This document shows positions 55,861 to 64,000 of a stretch of 64,000 nt of DNA, piece by piece (positions within the stretch are counted from its first letter, which is position 1; every line of letters begins with the position of its first letter). The translations under genes and the position numbers were made by a program. The notes under the pieces are model-generated. The model saw nothing but the letters and a program-made list of their open reading frames with translations, searched no databases and was not told the origin of the DNA. The DNA comes from Rhizomicrobium sp. (GTDB taxonomy: Bacteria; Pseudomonadota; Alphaproteobacteria; Micropepsales; Micropepsaceae), in contig DATIEM010000135.1 in assembly GCA_035455725.1 (NCBI GenBank), positions 1,764-65,763 on the forward strand, written 5' to 3'.

Positions 55861-56499
55861 ATCCACCTCCGCCTGCGCCGCCTGTTCCCATTCGTGCATG
55901 CCCGGCAGCGCCCAGATGAGGTCGCAGTAGCTCTGCGCAGTTGCCGGCAGCCCCACGCCGTAGGTGCGGAAACGGGAGACGACCGGCGCATACATGCAGT
56001 CTGCGATGGAGAAGCGGCCGAACAGGAAGCCGCCATGCTCGCCATGCCGTTCGAGCGCGTCGGTCCAGGCGGCGATGATCCGCGAGATTTGTGCCTTCGT
56101 AGTGTCCCGCAACTCCGGTTGCGGCAGCCGCCGCACGAATTCCATCGGCAGTTGCTGGCGCAGGTCCGGAAAGCCGGAATGCATCTCGGCCGCGTAGGAG
56201 CGTGCTTGCGCGCGCGTAAACGGATCGTCTGGCCAGAGCTTCGCGTCCGGGTGACGTTCGGCGAGCGTCTCACAGATCGCAAGGCTGTCCCACACCGAAA
56301 CTTCGCGTCCGTTTTCCGCGATCTTGAGCAGCGGCACGCGGCCCGATGGCGAGCGCTTCTGCACTTCCACGGTGGTGGAGTCGTGATTGAGGCGGATCAC
56401 TTCTTCGGTGAACGGGACGCCGATCGCCTTGAGCGCGAGATACGGCCGCAAGCTCCAGCTGGACCATTCCTTGGTGCCAATAATCAGCGTGTAAGACAT
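55846..56499 (-). CDS. Glutathione S-transferase family protein
   Basis: WSSWSLRP, SPSGRVPLL, WDSLAICETL, FSIADCMYAPV. Confidence 0.92.
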   Translation of the reverse strand: MSYTLIIGTKEWSSWSLRPYLALKAIGVPFTEEVIRLNHDSTTVEVQKRSPSGRVPLLKIAENGREVSVWDSLAICETLAERHPDAKLWPDDPFTRAQARSYAAEMHSGFPDLRQQLPMEFVRRLPQPELRDTTKAQISRIIAAWTDALERHGEHGGFLFGRFSIADCMYAPVVSRFRTYGVGLPATAQSYCDLIWALPGMHEWEQAAQAEVDSSLA

Positions 56500-56568
56500 G
56501 ACTGCTCCGGTTGCGGGATGCCTTTGCGATATTTAAGTTCCCCCACCCGCCAGCGACAGGTCAATTTC

Positions 56569-57942
56569 ATGCATGCGAGCCTTGTGAAAAGCGCGAGAGG
56601 CGCGATCCCGCTTCATGCTGTCAAGGCCGGCAGTCTGGCGCGCTGGCTTCCTACCCGGCCGAAGCGGGAAGCGGAGTGGCTGCGCGCCGCAAACTTCCGC
56701 GGCAGGCAATACGAGCTGCTGCTCGTCCCCGGCGCCAATGGACTTGCGAGCGCGGTGCTGGGGCTGGGCGCGAACGACGATCCGCTGGCGATTGCCGCGT
56801 TCTCGGAGTCGCTGCCCGCCGGAACGTATGCCTTTGGTGAGGTGCCGGAGCATATCGGCGGCGCGCGCGGCGTGCTCGCGTGGCTGCTGGGCACCTACCG
56901 CTTCGGGCGTTACCGCAAAAAGGAAGCTCCTGCCTTCCCGCGCCTAGTGCTTCCCAAGGGCGTGGACGGGGAAGAGGTGACGCGCATTGCTGAAAGCGTG
57001 TTCCTCGCCCGCGACCTCATCAATACGCCCGCGAACGACATGGGGCCGGACGAGCTTGCGTCCGCCGCGCGCGATCTGGCGCGCCGCTATGGCGCGAAGT
57101 TCTCCGTCATCGTCGGTGATGAACTGCTGCAGAAGCACTATCCGCTGGTGCATGCGGTCGGCCGGGCGTCTTCGCGCGCGCCGCGGCTCATCGATTTCAT
57201 CTGGGGCGACACGAACGCGTCAAAGGTCACGCTGGTGGGCAAGGGGGTGGTGTTCGATTCCGGCGGCCTCGATATCAAGACCTCCGCCGGCATGCTGACT
57301 ATGAAGAAGGACATGGGCGGCGCTGCCGTGGTGCTGGCGCTGGCGCGCATGGTGATGGATGCGAGGCTCGATGTTCGCCTGCGGGTGCTCATTCCCGCGG
57401 TGGAGAATTCGGTGTCCGGCGCGGCCTACCGCCCCGGCGATGTGCTCAAGAGCCGCAAGGGGCTCACGATCGAAATCGGCAACACTGATGCGGAAGGGCG
57501 CCTGGTGCTGGCCGATGCGCTGACAGAAGCGGACAGCGAGAGACCGGAGCTGCTGATCGACGTGGCGACACTCACAGGCGCGGCGCGCGCCGCCACCGGC
57601 ATGGAGCTGCCGCCGTTCTTCACGGATGACGAAACGCTCGCCGCCGATCTGACGCGCGCAGCAACGGAAGCGCACGATCCCTTGTGGCGGCTGCCGCTCT
57701 GGCGCGGCTACGAAAGCGCCATCGACAGCTCCATCGCCGATCTGAACAACAGCCCGGATTATCCACTGGCTGGCGCGACCACGGCGGCGCTGTTTCTCAA
57801 TCGCTTCGTGAGCCAGGCCAAATCCTGGGTGCATCTCGACATTCCGGCGTGGGTGGACCGCCCGCGTCCCGGCCGGCGCAAGGGGGCGGAAGCCAATGCC
57901 GCCCGCGCCCTCTACGCGCTGCTGAAGCAGCGATATAGCTGA
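56569..57942 (+). CDS. M17 leucyl aminopeptidase family protein
   Basis: LVGKGVVFDSGG, MKKDMGGAA, GNTDAEGRLVLAD, ATLTGA; ATG 56569. Confidence 0.93.
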   Translation: MHASLVKSARGAIPLHAVKAGSLARWLPTRPKREAEWLRAANFRGRQYELLLVPGANGLASAVLGLGANDDPLAIAAFSESLPAGTYAFGEVPEHIGGARGVLAWLLGTYRFGRYRKKEAPAFPRLVLPKGVDGEEVTRIAESVFLARDLINTPANDMGPDELASAARDLARRYGAKFSVIVGDELLQKHYPLVHAVGRASSRAPRLIDFIWGDTNASKVTLVGKGVVFDSGGLDIKTSAGMLTMKKDMGGAAVVLALARMVMDARLDVRLRVLIPAVENSVSGAAYRPGDVLKSRKGLTIEIGNTDAEGRLVLADALTEADSERPELLIDVATLTGAARAATGMELPPFFTDDETLAADLTRAATEAHDPLWRLPLWRGYESAIDSSIADLNNSPDYPLAGATTAALFLNRFVSQAKSWVHLDIPAWVDRPRPGRRKGAEANAARALYALLKQRYS

Positions 57943-58344
57943 TCAGTGCTTTTCGGCGGCAGAGACAGGACGCAGCAATGCTTCGGCGGGAATTTGCCAT
58001 TGCTCGTGCAGCTTCCAGGCCTGCTCCAGCGTCAGCGGCCGCTTTCGCCGTAAGATTTCCGAAGCGCGCGAGCGCGAACCGATGAGCCGCGCGAGGTCCG
58101 CCTGGCCCAGCCCCGATTGCTCCATGCGGAAGCGAATCGCCTCCACTGCATCCGGGGGATCGATGGGCCAGTGCTTGGTCTCGTAAGCCTCGATCAATGT
58201 GGACAGCACATCGAAACGATCCGCCTCAGCCGTGCCACGCTTCGGCTCATGTTCGAAGTACCGCGCGATTTCTTTCAGGGCCCAATCGTAATCCGCCTCG
58301 CGGCGAATTGGGCGAATGTCCATCTTTTTGAGTGCACGCGGCAT
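57943..58344 (-). CDS. higA: HigA-type antitoxin (XRE HTH)
   Basis: IRPIRREADYDWAL, LSTLIEAYE, PDAVEAIRFRMEQ, SRASEILRRKRPLTL; start 58344 or 58323. Confidence 0.88.
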   Translation of the reverse strand: MPRALKKMDIRPIRREADYDWALKEIARYFEHEPKRGTAEADRFDVLSTLIEAYETKHWPIDPPDAVEAIRFRMEQSGLGQADLARLIGSRSRASEILRRKRPLTLEQAWKLHEQWQIPAEALLRPVSAAEKH

Positions 58345-58640
58345 CACACGCTCCCTGCATCAATCCTGTCGTATTCCTTGTGAGTCCCCACGAACTTGAT
58401 CAATACGCGCTTGAAGCGATACGCCACATGCGCCACCAGACGATACTTGTTTCCGCCGATATCGAACACGAGTCTGTTGTCTACTAGAAAGTCGACGGTT
58501 ACGCCGAACCCAACCTTCACGTCGGCAGGCCCCTGCCATTTTGCCCTGCTCACAGCGGCATGCCAGGCGCGCAGCGGACCTTCGGCCTGGGGGTGCCGCT
58601 GCCAGAACAACCGCAGGGTCCGCTTGGCAATCACCTGCAT
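58344..58640 (-). CDS. higB: HigB/RelE-superfamily toxin
   Basis: MQVIAKRTLRLFW…HP, VFDIGGNKYRLV, FVGTHKEYDRID; upstream of and coupled to the antitoxin. Confidence 0.9.
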   Translation of the reverse strand: MQVIAKRTLRLFWQRHPQAEGPLRAWHAAVSRAKWQGPADVKVGFGVTVDFLVDNRLVFDIGGNKYRLVAHVAYRFKRVLIKFVGTHKEYDRIDAGSV

Positions 58641-58646
58641 GACGCG

Positions 58647-58675
58647 AGTGTTCCATATTTGGGAACATCTGTCAA
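58647..58675 (-). promoter_or_regulatory. higBA promoter TTGACA-N17-AACACT with overlapping TGTTCC-N7-GGAACA inverted repeat
   Basis: -35 at 58675-58670, -10 at 58652-58647, ATG is the 7th base after -10; inverted repeat 58649-58667. Confidence 0.65.
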
Positions 58676-58732
58676 GGTGCCGCCGCGTGAGTCCAAGGCC
58701 TTGGCTGCTTTGGTGACTGACAGAACCAACGG

Positions 58733-58854
58733 TTATCCCCCTTGCGGGGGAGGTGGATCGCATGAGCGGAGCGAATGCGAGACGATAGGGGGAGCCCTGC
58801 GCGCCCCCCTCCGCCTCACTTCGTTCGGCACCTCCCCCGCAACGGGGAGGATAA
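58733..58854. repeat. Palindromic intergenic repeat (MITE/RIME-like), copy 2
   Basis: Left end ttatcccccttgcgggggaggtg; right end reverse complement ttatcctccccgttgcgggggaggtg; similar size and layout to 7809-7928. Confidence 0.7.
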
Positions 58855-58883
58855 GGTGCTCTCTTTCCGCAGAAACCGAGGAA

Positions 58884-59993
58884 CTAGAATCTCAGTACGG
58901 TGCGGATGCTTTCGCCCGAATGCATCAGGTTGAAAGCCTTGTTGATGTCGGAGAGCGGCAGGACGTGCGTGATGAGATCGTCGATGTTGAGCTTGCCGTC
59001 CATGTACCAGTCGACGATCCTCGGCACGTCGGTGCGGCCCCTGGCGCCGCCGAACGCGGTGCCTTTCCACACCCGCCCCGTCACCAGCTGGAACGGCCGC
59101 GTTTTGATCTCCTGCCCCGCGCCCGCCACGCCGATGATCACGCTCACGCCCCAGCCGCGATGGCAGCATTCGAGCGCCGCGCGCATGAGATCGACATTGC
59201 CGACGCATTCGAAGGAGTAATCGGCGCCGCCGCCGGTGAGCTCCACCAGATGCGCCACCAGATCGCCGCCAACCTCTTTCGGGTTGACGAAATGCGTCAT
59301 GCCGAATTTGCGCGCCAGCGCCTCGCGCGCGGGATTGATGTCCACGCCGACGATCATGTTGGCGCCCACGAGCGCCGCGCCCTGCACCACGTTGAGACCG
59401 ATGCCGCCCAGCCCGAACACCACCACATTGCTGCCGGGCTCGACCTTCGCGGTGTTGATCACGGCGCCCACGCCGGTGGTGACGCCGCAGCCGATGTAGC
59501 AGACCTTCTCGAAAGACGCGTCCTTGCGGATCTTCGCCACCGCGATTTCCGGCAGCACGGTGTAGTTCGAAAACGTCGAGCAGCCCATGTAATGGTGAAT
59601 CATCTCGCCGCCGATGGAGAAGCGCGAGGTGCCGTCCGGCATCACGCCTTTGCCCTGCGTGGCGCGGATGGCGGTGCAGAGGTTGGTCTTGCGCGAGAGG
59701 CAGCTTTTGCACTGCCGGCATTCCGGCGTGTAGAGCGGGATGACGTGATCGCCCTTGGCCACGCTGGTGACGCCCGGCCCCACATCCACCACCACGCCCG
59801 CGCCCTCGTGGCCAAAGATGGCCGGGAAGAGGCCTTCCGGGTCGGCGCCGCTGCGGGTGAATTCATCGGTGTGACAGACGCCGGTGGCCCGGATTTCCAC
59901 CAGCACTTCGCCGGCTTTCGGGCCTTCCACGTCCACCTCTTCTATCGCGAGCGGCTGACCGGCTTTGTAGGCAATTGCGGCTCTGGCTTTCAT
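58884..59993 (-). CDS. frmA: S-(hydroxymethyl)glutathione dehydrogenase / class III alcohol dehydrogenase
   Basis: [54 protein letters not shown]. Confidence 0.96.
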   Translation of the reverse strand: MKARAAIAYKAGQPLAIEEVDVEGPKAGEVLVEIRATGVCHTDEFTRSGADPEGLFPAIFGHEGAGVVVDVGPGVTSVAKGDHVIPLYTPECRQCKSCLSRKTNLCTAIRATQGKGVMPDGTSRFSIGGEMIHHYMGCSTFSNYTVLPEIAVAKIRKDASFEKVCYIGCGVTTGVGAVINTAKVEPGSNVVVFGLGGIGLNVVQGAALVGANMIVGVDINPAREALARKFGMTHFVNPKEVGGDLVAHLVELTGGGADYSFECVGNVDLMRAALECCHRGWGVSVIIGVAGAGQEIKTRPFQLVTGRVWKGTAFGGARGRTDVPRIVDWYMDGKLNIDDLITHVLPLSDINKAFNLMHSGESIRTVLRF

Positions 59994-60109
59994 GGTGGGG
60001 CACCGGCGAGACGTCGCCGCCTTAAACCACGGATATGCCGCAGCGGGCCAGAGTTGAGGCGGGCAGGGCGAAGGACTATCTTGCCAGGCTGCAGTCGAAG
60101 GCGAAGTTG

Positions 60110-61120
60110 ATGTTGCGTAAGAGTTTGCTGTCGGGCGCCGCCGCTGTGTCGTTTGGTTTGCTGCTGGGCGGCTCTGCGCTGGCGCAGGGGACGCCGGGGC
60201 AGTTCACGCCCGATGCGAATGCCCCCATCCAGCTGCACATGCCGGTGCATCTCCATCCGCTGGCGAAGCCTAAGCCGGCCGTGAAAAAGCGAATGAGGAA
60301 GGCGGCGCCGGCTGCGGAGATGGCCTCGGCACCGCCGGCGGCCACCGATGCTGCGCCCATTTCCTCCCCCGCCGCAACGCCGGTGATATCCAGAACGCAA
60401 ACCCGGGCAACGCCCTCGCGCCCGGCCACGACCGACACCAGCTACGCACCCTCCCGCGCCGAGCGGCGCAGAGCGGTTCAGGACATGTTAAACGCGCCGG
60501 GCAGCAGCAGCTCGACCTCCGAGGCCGTCGGCGACCTCTCTGCGCCGGATGCAGCGATCCCGTTCTCGTTCGATACAGACGCCTCGCCGCCGCCGCGGGC
60601 GCAGAATGCCAAGCCGCCGCAAAACCCGTCCGGTCTCGCCGAAAAGACAAAACCCGCGCCATCACCTTCGCCGGCGAAGCCGAGGCCAGGCGCTGCGGCC
60701 CCGCAGCCGCGCACGGATCTCGCGGCGCTGACGCCGCCAGCCCAGCAGACGCGAGCCGCCGAGAAGCCGAAGGGCGATCCCCATGCCGGGCTCACCAAAC
60801 AGGGCGAGATCCTCTTCGACGGCAGCAGCACCGATCCGCAGGCCGAGGGCGCCAGCGCGCTGAAGGCCAGCACGGACAAGCTGAACGCTGCGCTCGACAA
60901 AGGCGCGGCGAACGTGGAAGTTGAAGCCTATGCCGGCTCGCCGGGCGACAAATCCTCCGAAGCGCGCCGGCTGTCGCTCCGGCGTGCGCTCGCGGTTCGC
61001 CAGCTGCTGATCGATGGAGGAATTCCCGCCAACCGGATCGTGGTGAAGGCGGAGGGCGGCGCCGAGGACCAAGGCAATCCGCAGCGGGTGGATGTCTATC
61101 TGCGCGGCGGCGCGGGCTGA
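60110..61120 (+). CDS. Secreted protein with Pro/Ala-rich region and C-terminal OmpA-like domain
   Basis: Signal peptide to SALA; low-complexity middle; C-terminal EAYAG…[21 protein letters not shown]…RVD. Confidence 0.75.
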   Translation: MLRKSLLSGAAAVSFGLLLGGSALAQGTPGQFTPDANAPIQLHMPVHLHPLAKPKPAVKKRMRKAAPAAEMASAPPAATDAAPISSPAATPVISRTQTRATPSRPATTDTSYAPSRAERRRAVQDMLNAPGSSSSTSEAVGDLSAPDAAIPFSFDTDASPPPRAQNAKPPQNPSGLAEKTKPAPSPSPAKPRPGAAAPQPRTDLAALTPPAQQTRAAEKPKGDPHAGLTKQGEILFDGSSTDPQAEGASALKASTDKLNAALDKGAANVEVEAYAGSPGDKSSEARRLSLRRALAVRQLLIDGGIPANRIVVKAEGGAEDQGNPQRVDVYLRGGAG

Positions 61121-62359
61121 TCAGGCCGTATCCGCGGTCATTGCCATCTTTGCTTCGGGCGCTTCGCGTCCTCCTGCAGTGAGGATGGCGATGGTGAGGG
61201 CGGCCGCAACGGCCACGCCGGTGAGCGCCACCGAATAGTTCTCGTGCATGCTGGCGGCGATCGAGGTCTGCAGCGGCAGATTGTAGGAGGCGATGAAATT
61301 GCCCAGCTGGTAAACGGTGCCTGGAAAGGTACCGCGCGCCTCAGCCGGCGACAGCTCGTTCAGATGCGCCGGGATCACGCCCCAGGCACCCTGCACGAAG
61401 AACTGCATGAGGAAGGCGCCAACGGCCAGCATCGCCGCGGTTTGCGAAAACGCCCACAAATAGGTCACCGGAACGGCCAGCAGCGCCGCGAGGATAATGG
61501 CGCGGCGGCGGCCGATCCGCTGGCTGAAAAATCCGAACGTCAGCCCGCCAAGGATCGCTCCGATGTTGTAAATGATCGCGATATTGCCGGTGGTGTGCAC
61601 GTCGAAATGGTGCTGCACCTGCAGGAAAGTGGGATAGGCATCCTGCGTGCCGTGACTGAAGAAATTGAACGCGGTCATCAGCAGAATGGCGTAGAGCGCC
61701 AGCCCCCAATGCTTCCTCAGCACGTTCAGCACGGTGCCGTTGCGGGCATGTTCGATTGACCAGCCGGGCGATTCCGGCACGTGCCGCCGGATGTACAGAA
61801 TGAGCAGCGCCGGAGCGATGCCGACAAGAAACAGGCTGCGCCATGGCGCCAGCCCGGTGAGCGCGCCCAGCGGCTCGTAAAAATTGCGATAGAGGATGGA
61901 CGCCAGCAAATAGCCGGTAGGATATCCCGACTGCAACAGGCCGGAAACAATCCCGCGGGCTTCCGGCTTGATGCTCTCCATCGTCAGCGAAGCGCCGATC
62001 CCCCATTCGCCGCCCATCGCGATGCCGAACAGCGCGCGGATAATGAGAAAGCCGATGAGACTGGGTGAGAATGCTGTTGCGAAGCCGAGCAGGGAATAGA
62101 GCGCGACATCGGCCATCAGCACCGGGCGGCGCCCGAAGCGATCCGCCAGCCTCCCGAAGATAAACGCGCCCACGGGCCGCAGCGCCAAAGTCAGCGTGGT
62201 GGCGAGTGCAATTTGCGTTTTTGAGGCGCCGAACGCCTGCGCCACATCCTTGATGACGAAGACCATCAGGAAATAGTCGAATGCGTCGAGCGTCCAGCCG
62301 AGCCAGCTCGCCAGCACCACATGTTTCTGATTTGGGGTCCAGCCCCGAAGTGCTTGCAT
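61121..62359 (-). CDS. MFS transporter (SHS / carboxylate symporter-like)
   Basis: LGWTLDAFDYF, GRLADRFGRRP, AMGGEWG, HGTQDAYPTFL, GAWGVIPAHLNELSP. Confidence 0.9.
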   Translation of the reverse strand: MQALRGWTPNQKHVVLASWLGWTLDAFDYFLMVFVIKDVAQAFGASKTQIALATTLTLALRPVGAFIFGRLADRFGRRPVLMADVALYSLLGFATAFSPSLIGFLIIRALFGIAMGGEWGIGASLTMESIKPEARGIVSGLLQSGYPTGYLLASILYRNFYEPLGALTGLAPWRSLFLVGIAPALLILYIRRHVPESPGWSIEHARNGTVLNVLRKHWGLALYAILLMTAFNFFSHGTQDAYPTFLQVQHHFDVHTTGNIAIIYNIGAILGGLTFGFFSQRIGRRRAIILAALLAVPVTYLWAFSQTAAMLAVGAFLMQFFVQGAWGVIPAHLNELSPAEARGTFPGTVYQLGNFIASYNLPLQTSIAASMHENYSVALTGVAVAAALTIAILTAGGREAPEAKMAMTADTA

Positions 62360-62396
62360 CGAGATTTCTGCTTGTTGTGAGGGCGAGGGCCGATCC

Positions 62397-64000
62397 CTAC
62401 TGCTTTTGTCCGAGTTGTCGAGCCTTGTTCTCGTCCGTCCTTGCGGCCGTGGTTTTGCCGCTGGCCCGTTCTGCCATCGCGCGATTGCGATAAGCGCTGG
62501 CATAGTCCGGCTTCAGCCGAATGGCGGCGTTGTAGTCTGCGATCGCCGGAACATATTTTCTCTTTGCGTAATAGGCATTGCCGCGATTGCAGTAGGTCAT
62601 CGGATACTCTGGATTCAGCTGGATAGCAGAGCTGTAATCCGCGATCGCCTGATCGTATTTGGCTTGCGCATAATAGACATTGCCGCGGCCAAGGTAGGCG
62701 CGAAAATCCTTCGCATCGAGCTGGATTGCCGTGCCGAAATCATTGATCGCAAGGTCGCGCTTGTTTTCGGCGGCGTAGGCCATCGCGCGGCCGACATAAG
62801 CAGTCGAAAGCTTCGGCAGCATGCGAACTGCGGCATCGTAGTCGCGGACTGCCGGCTCGTATTTGCCAAGCTGCTGCAGACAGTTTCCCCGAACCAGATA
62901 GGCATTGGCTCCGGCAGGACCGATTTTGATCGCTTGGTCGAAGTCCGGAATTGCCTCCTCGCATTTGCCCATGTCGGTGCGGACCAGGCCACGGTTGACA
63001 TAGGCTGCCATCAGCTTCGGATCCCGGCGAATGGCGGACGTGAAGTCGGCAATCGCCGCGGGATAGTCTTTTTTCGACGCGTAGGCGAGGCCGCGATCGT
63101 TGTAGGCGCCCGCCATCGGGCTCAGATGGATCGCCACGTTGTAATCGGCAATGGCACGGTCGTATTCGCCCTTGCTGAGATAAAGGTAGCCGCGGTCCAC
63201 ATAGGCGCGGACGTGCGTTGGCTGGACGCGAATGGCGGCATTCTCGTCCTGCAGCGCAGCATCGAGATCATGCTTGTAGAAGTAGGCAATGCCGCGGGCC
63301 GTCAGCGCTTTTGCCATTTCCTCCGGCGACAATTTGCCGGCCTGGATGAGGGTGGTGCACGCGCGCACGACGGCATCCGGAGAGCCGTTGATGCGGCAAC
63401 TGCTCCAGAGCGGGTTGCTGGCAACGGTGTGGGTTCGGGGCGGCGGCGGCGGCGAACGCGTCGTCAGGAATACCGCAGCCGCAATCACAACAACGACCGG
63501 CACGGCCGCCCACAGCAGCCACGCCTTGCGCCAGGATGAACTTGCAAAATCGACCGGCTGGAATGCCCTTGCCGCATCTGCTTGCGGCGGCAGAGCGTCC
63601 GTTTCGCGCGCCTGAAACATCAGCGCGGTGGCCTCCGTCTCCGATGGTACCGAATGGTCTGCCGCCGGTACCCGAACTTCTGCATCGGGCTCGTCCTCCG
63701 GAGTTGCGGCGGCCGCATCATGCTCTGCCGGCGGTGCGGGAACTTCCGCTTCGGCCTCATCCTCAGGAATGGACTCAGGTATTGCGTCGTCGGCGGTATA
63801 ATGCGCGACCGCCGGTGGCTCCATTGCCGCAGTCTTATCAACGACATCTGCTTCGATGGCAGCCGCCGCGTCGGTCTTTGCTTCATCGTGGATCGCATCG
63901 GTAGCAGGTGGCGGCGGTGTGTGGAGGTCGGGGGTAGCCGCATCAGGCGAGCCGGGAGGCGGCGGCGATGGCGGCAACGTAGTTGGAGGAGGCCGCGGCA
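62397..64000 (-). CDS. Membrane-anchored TPR repeat protein, 5' end outside the window
   Basis: Frame is open to position 64000; acidic Pro/Ala-rich N-terminal part, TM segment (WLLWAAVPVVVVIAAAVFL), about nine TPR repeats (AY.NRG…AI.D…AI.L.P). Confidence 0.85.
   Translation of the reverse strand, partial: PRPPPTTLPPSPPPPGSPDAATPDLHTPPPPATDAIHDEAKTDAAAAIEADVVDKTAAMEPPAVAHYTADDAIPESIPEDEAEAEVPAPPAEHDAAAATPEDEPDAEVRVPAADHSVPSETEATALMFQARETDALPPQADAARAFQPVDFASSSWRKAWLLWAAVPVVVVIAAAVFLTTRSPPPPPRTHTVASNPLWSSCRINGSPDAVVRACTTLIQAGKLSPEEMAKALTARGIAYFYKHDLDAALQDENAAIRVQPTHVRAYVDRGYLYLSKGEYDRAIADYNVAIHLSPMAGAYNDRGLAYASKKDYPAAIADFTSAIRRDPKLMAAYVNRGLVRTDMGKCEEAIPDFDQAIKIGPAGANAYLVRGNCLQQLGKYEPAVRDYDAAVRMLPKLSTAYVGRAMAYAAENKRDLAINDFGTAIQLDAKDFRAYLGRGNVYYAQAKYDQAIADYSSAIQLNPEYPMTYCNRGNAYYAKRKYVPAIADYNAAIRLKPDYASAYRNRAMAERASGKTTAARTDENKARQLGQKQ

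Noticed and set aside
55894-56568. N-terminal 225 aa of the 682-aa ORF 55894-57942
   Set aside because: Overlaps the GST gene antisense; peptidase-like sequence begins at ATG 56569.
57943-58854. TA module as part of a prophage, integron or IS
   Set aside because: No integrase, transposase, att site or phage gene in the window.
58560-60110. 516-aa plus-strand ORF
   Set aside because: Antisense shadow of frmA and higB, crossing a repeat element.

Overview
GC-rich alphaproteobacterial chromosome segment, densely coding, with no rRNA, tRNA, CRISPR array, IS or prophage that I can support. In order: housekeeping genes (partial GFA, amidase, GNAT, NUDIX, a decayed VOC gene, DUF4893); fabA-fabB-fabI divergent from irr; a rubrerythrin / Fe-S oxidoreductase / DUF3501 operon preceded by a perfect Irr ICE box that overlaps the irr stop codon; PAS_5 protein and hslO; a GT4 + amylo-alpha-1,6-glucosidase pair; a four-gene copper module (two tandem multicopper oxidases, SCO, cytochrome c); a ~15 kb hopanoid cluster (hpnI, hpnJ, diiron ferritin-like gene, hpnABCDE, shc, VOC, hpnG / hpnH, ispH / ispA) with no hpnK in the window; phaR, a degenerate GGDEF-EAL protein, tesB; a Tad/Cpa pilus locus with several CtrA-type TTAA-N7-TTAA boxes and a PAP2/IPC-synthase-like gene where pseudopilin genes usually sit; TAXI, GST, M17 peptidase, a higBA module with an apparently leaderless autoregulated promoter, frmA, an OmpA-like protein, an MFS transporter and a partial TPR protein. 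Two copies of a ~120 bp palindromic intergenic repeat are present. Best candidates for under-described biology: the diiron gene in the hopanoid operon, the non-Tat MCO-MCO-SCO-cytochrome c module, the Irr-linked rubrerythrin triad and the pilus-linked PAP2 enzyme. All product calls come from motif recognition by eye; no database searches were run.
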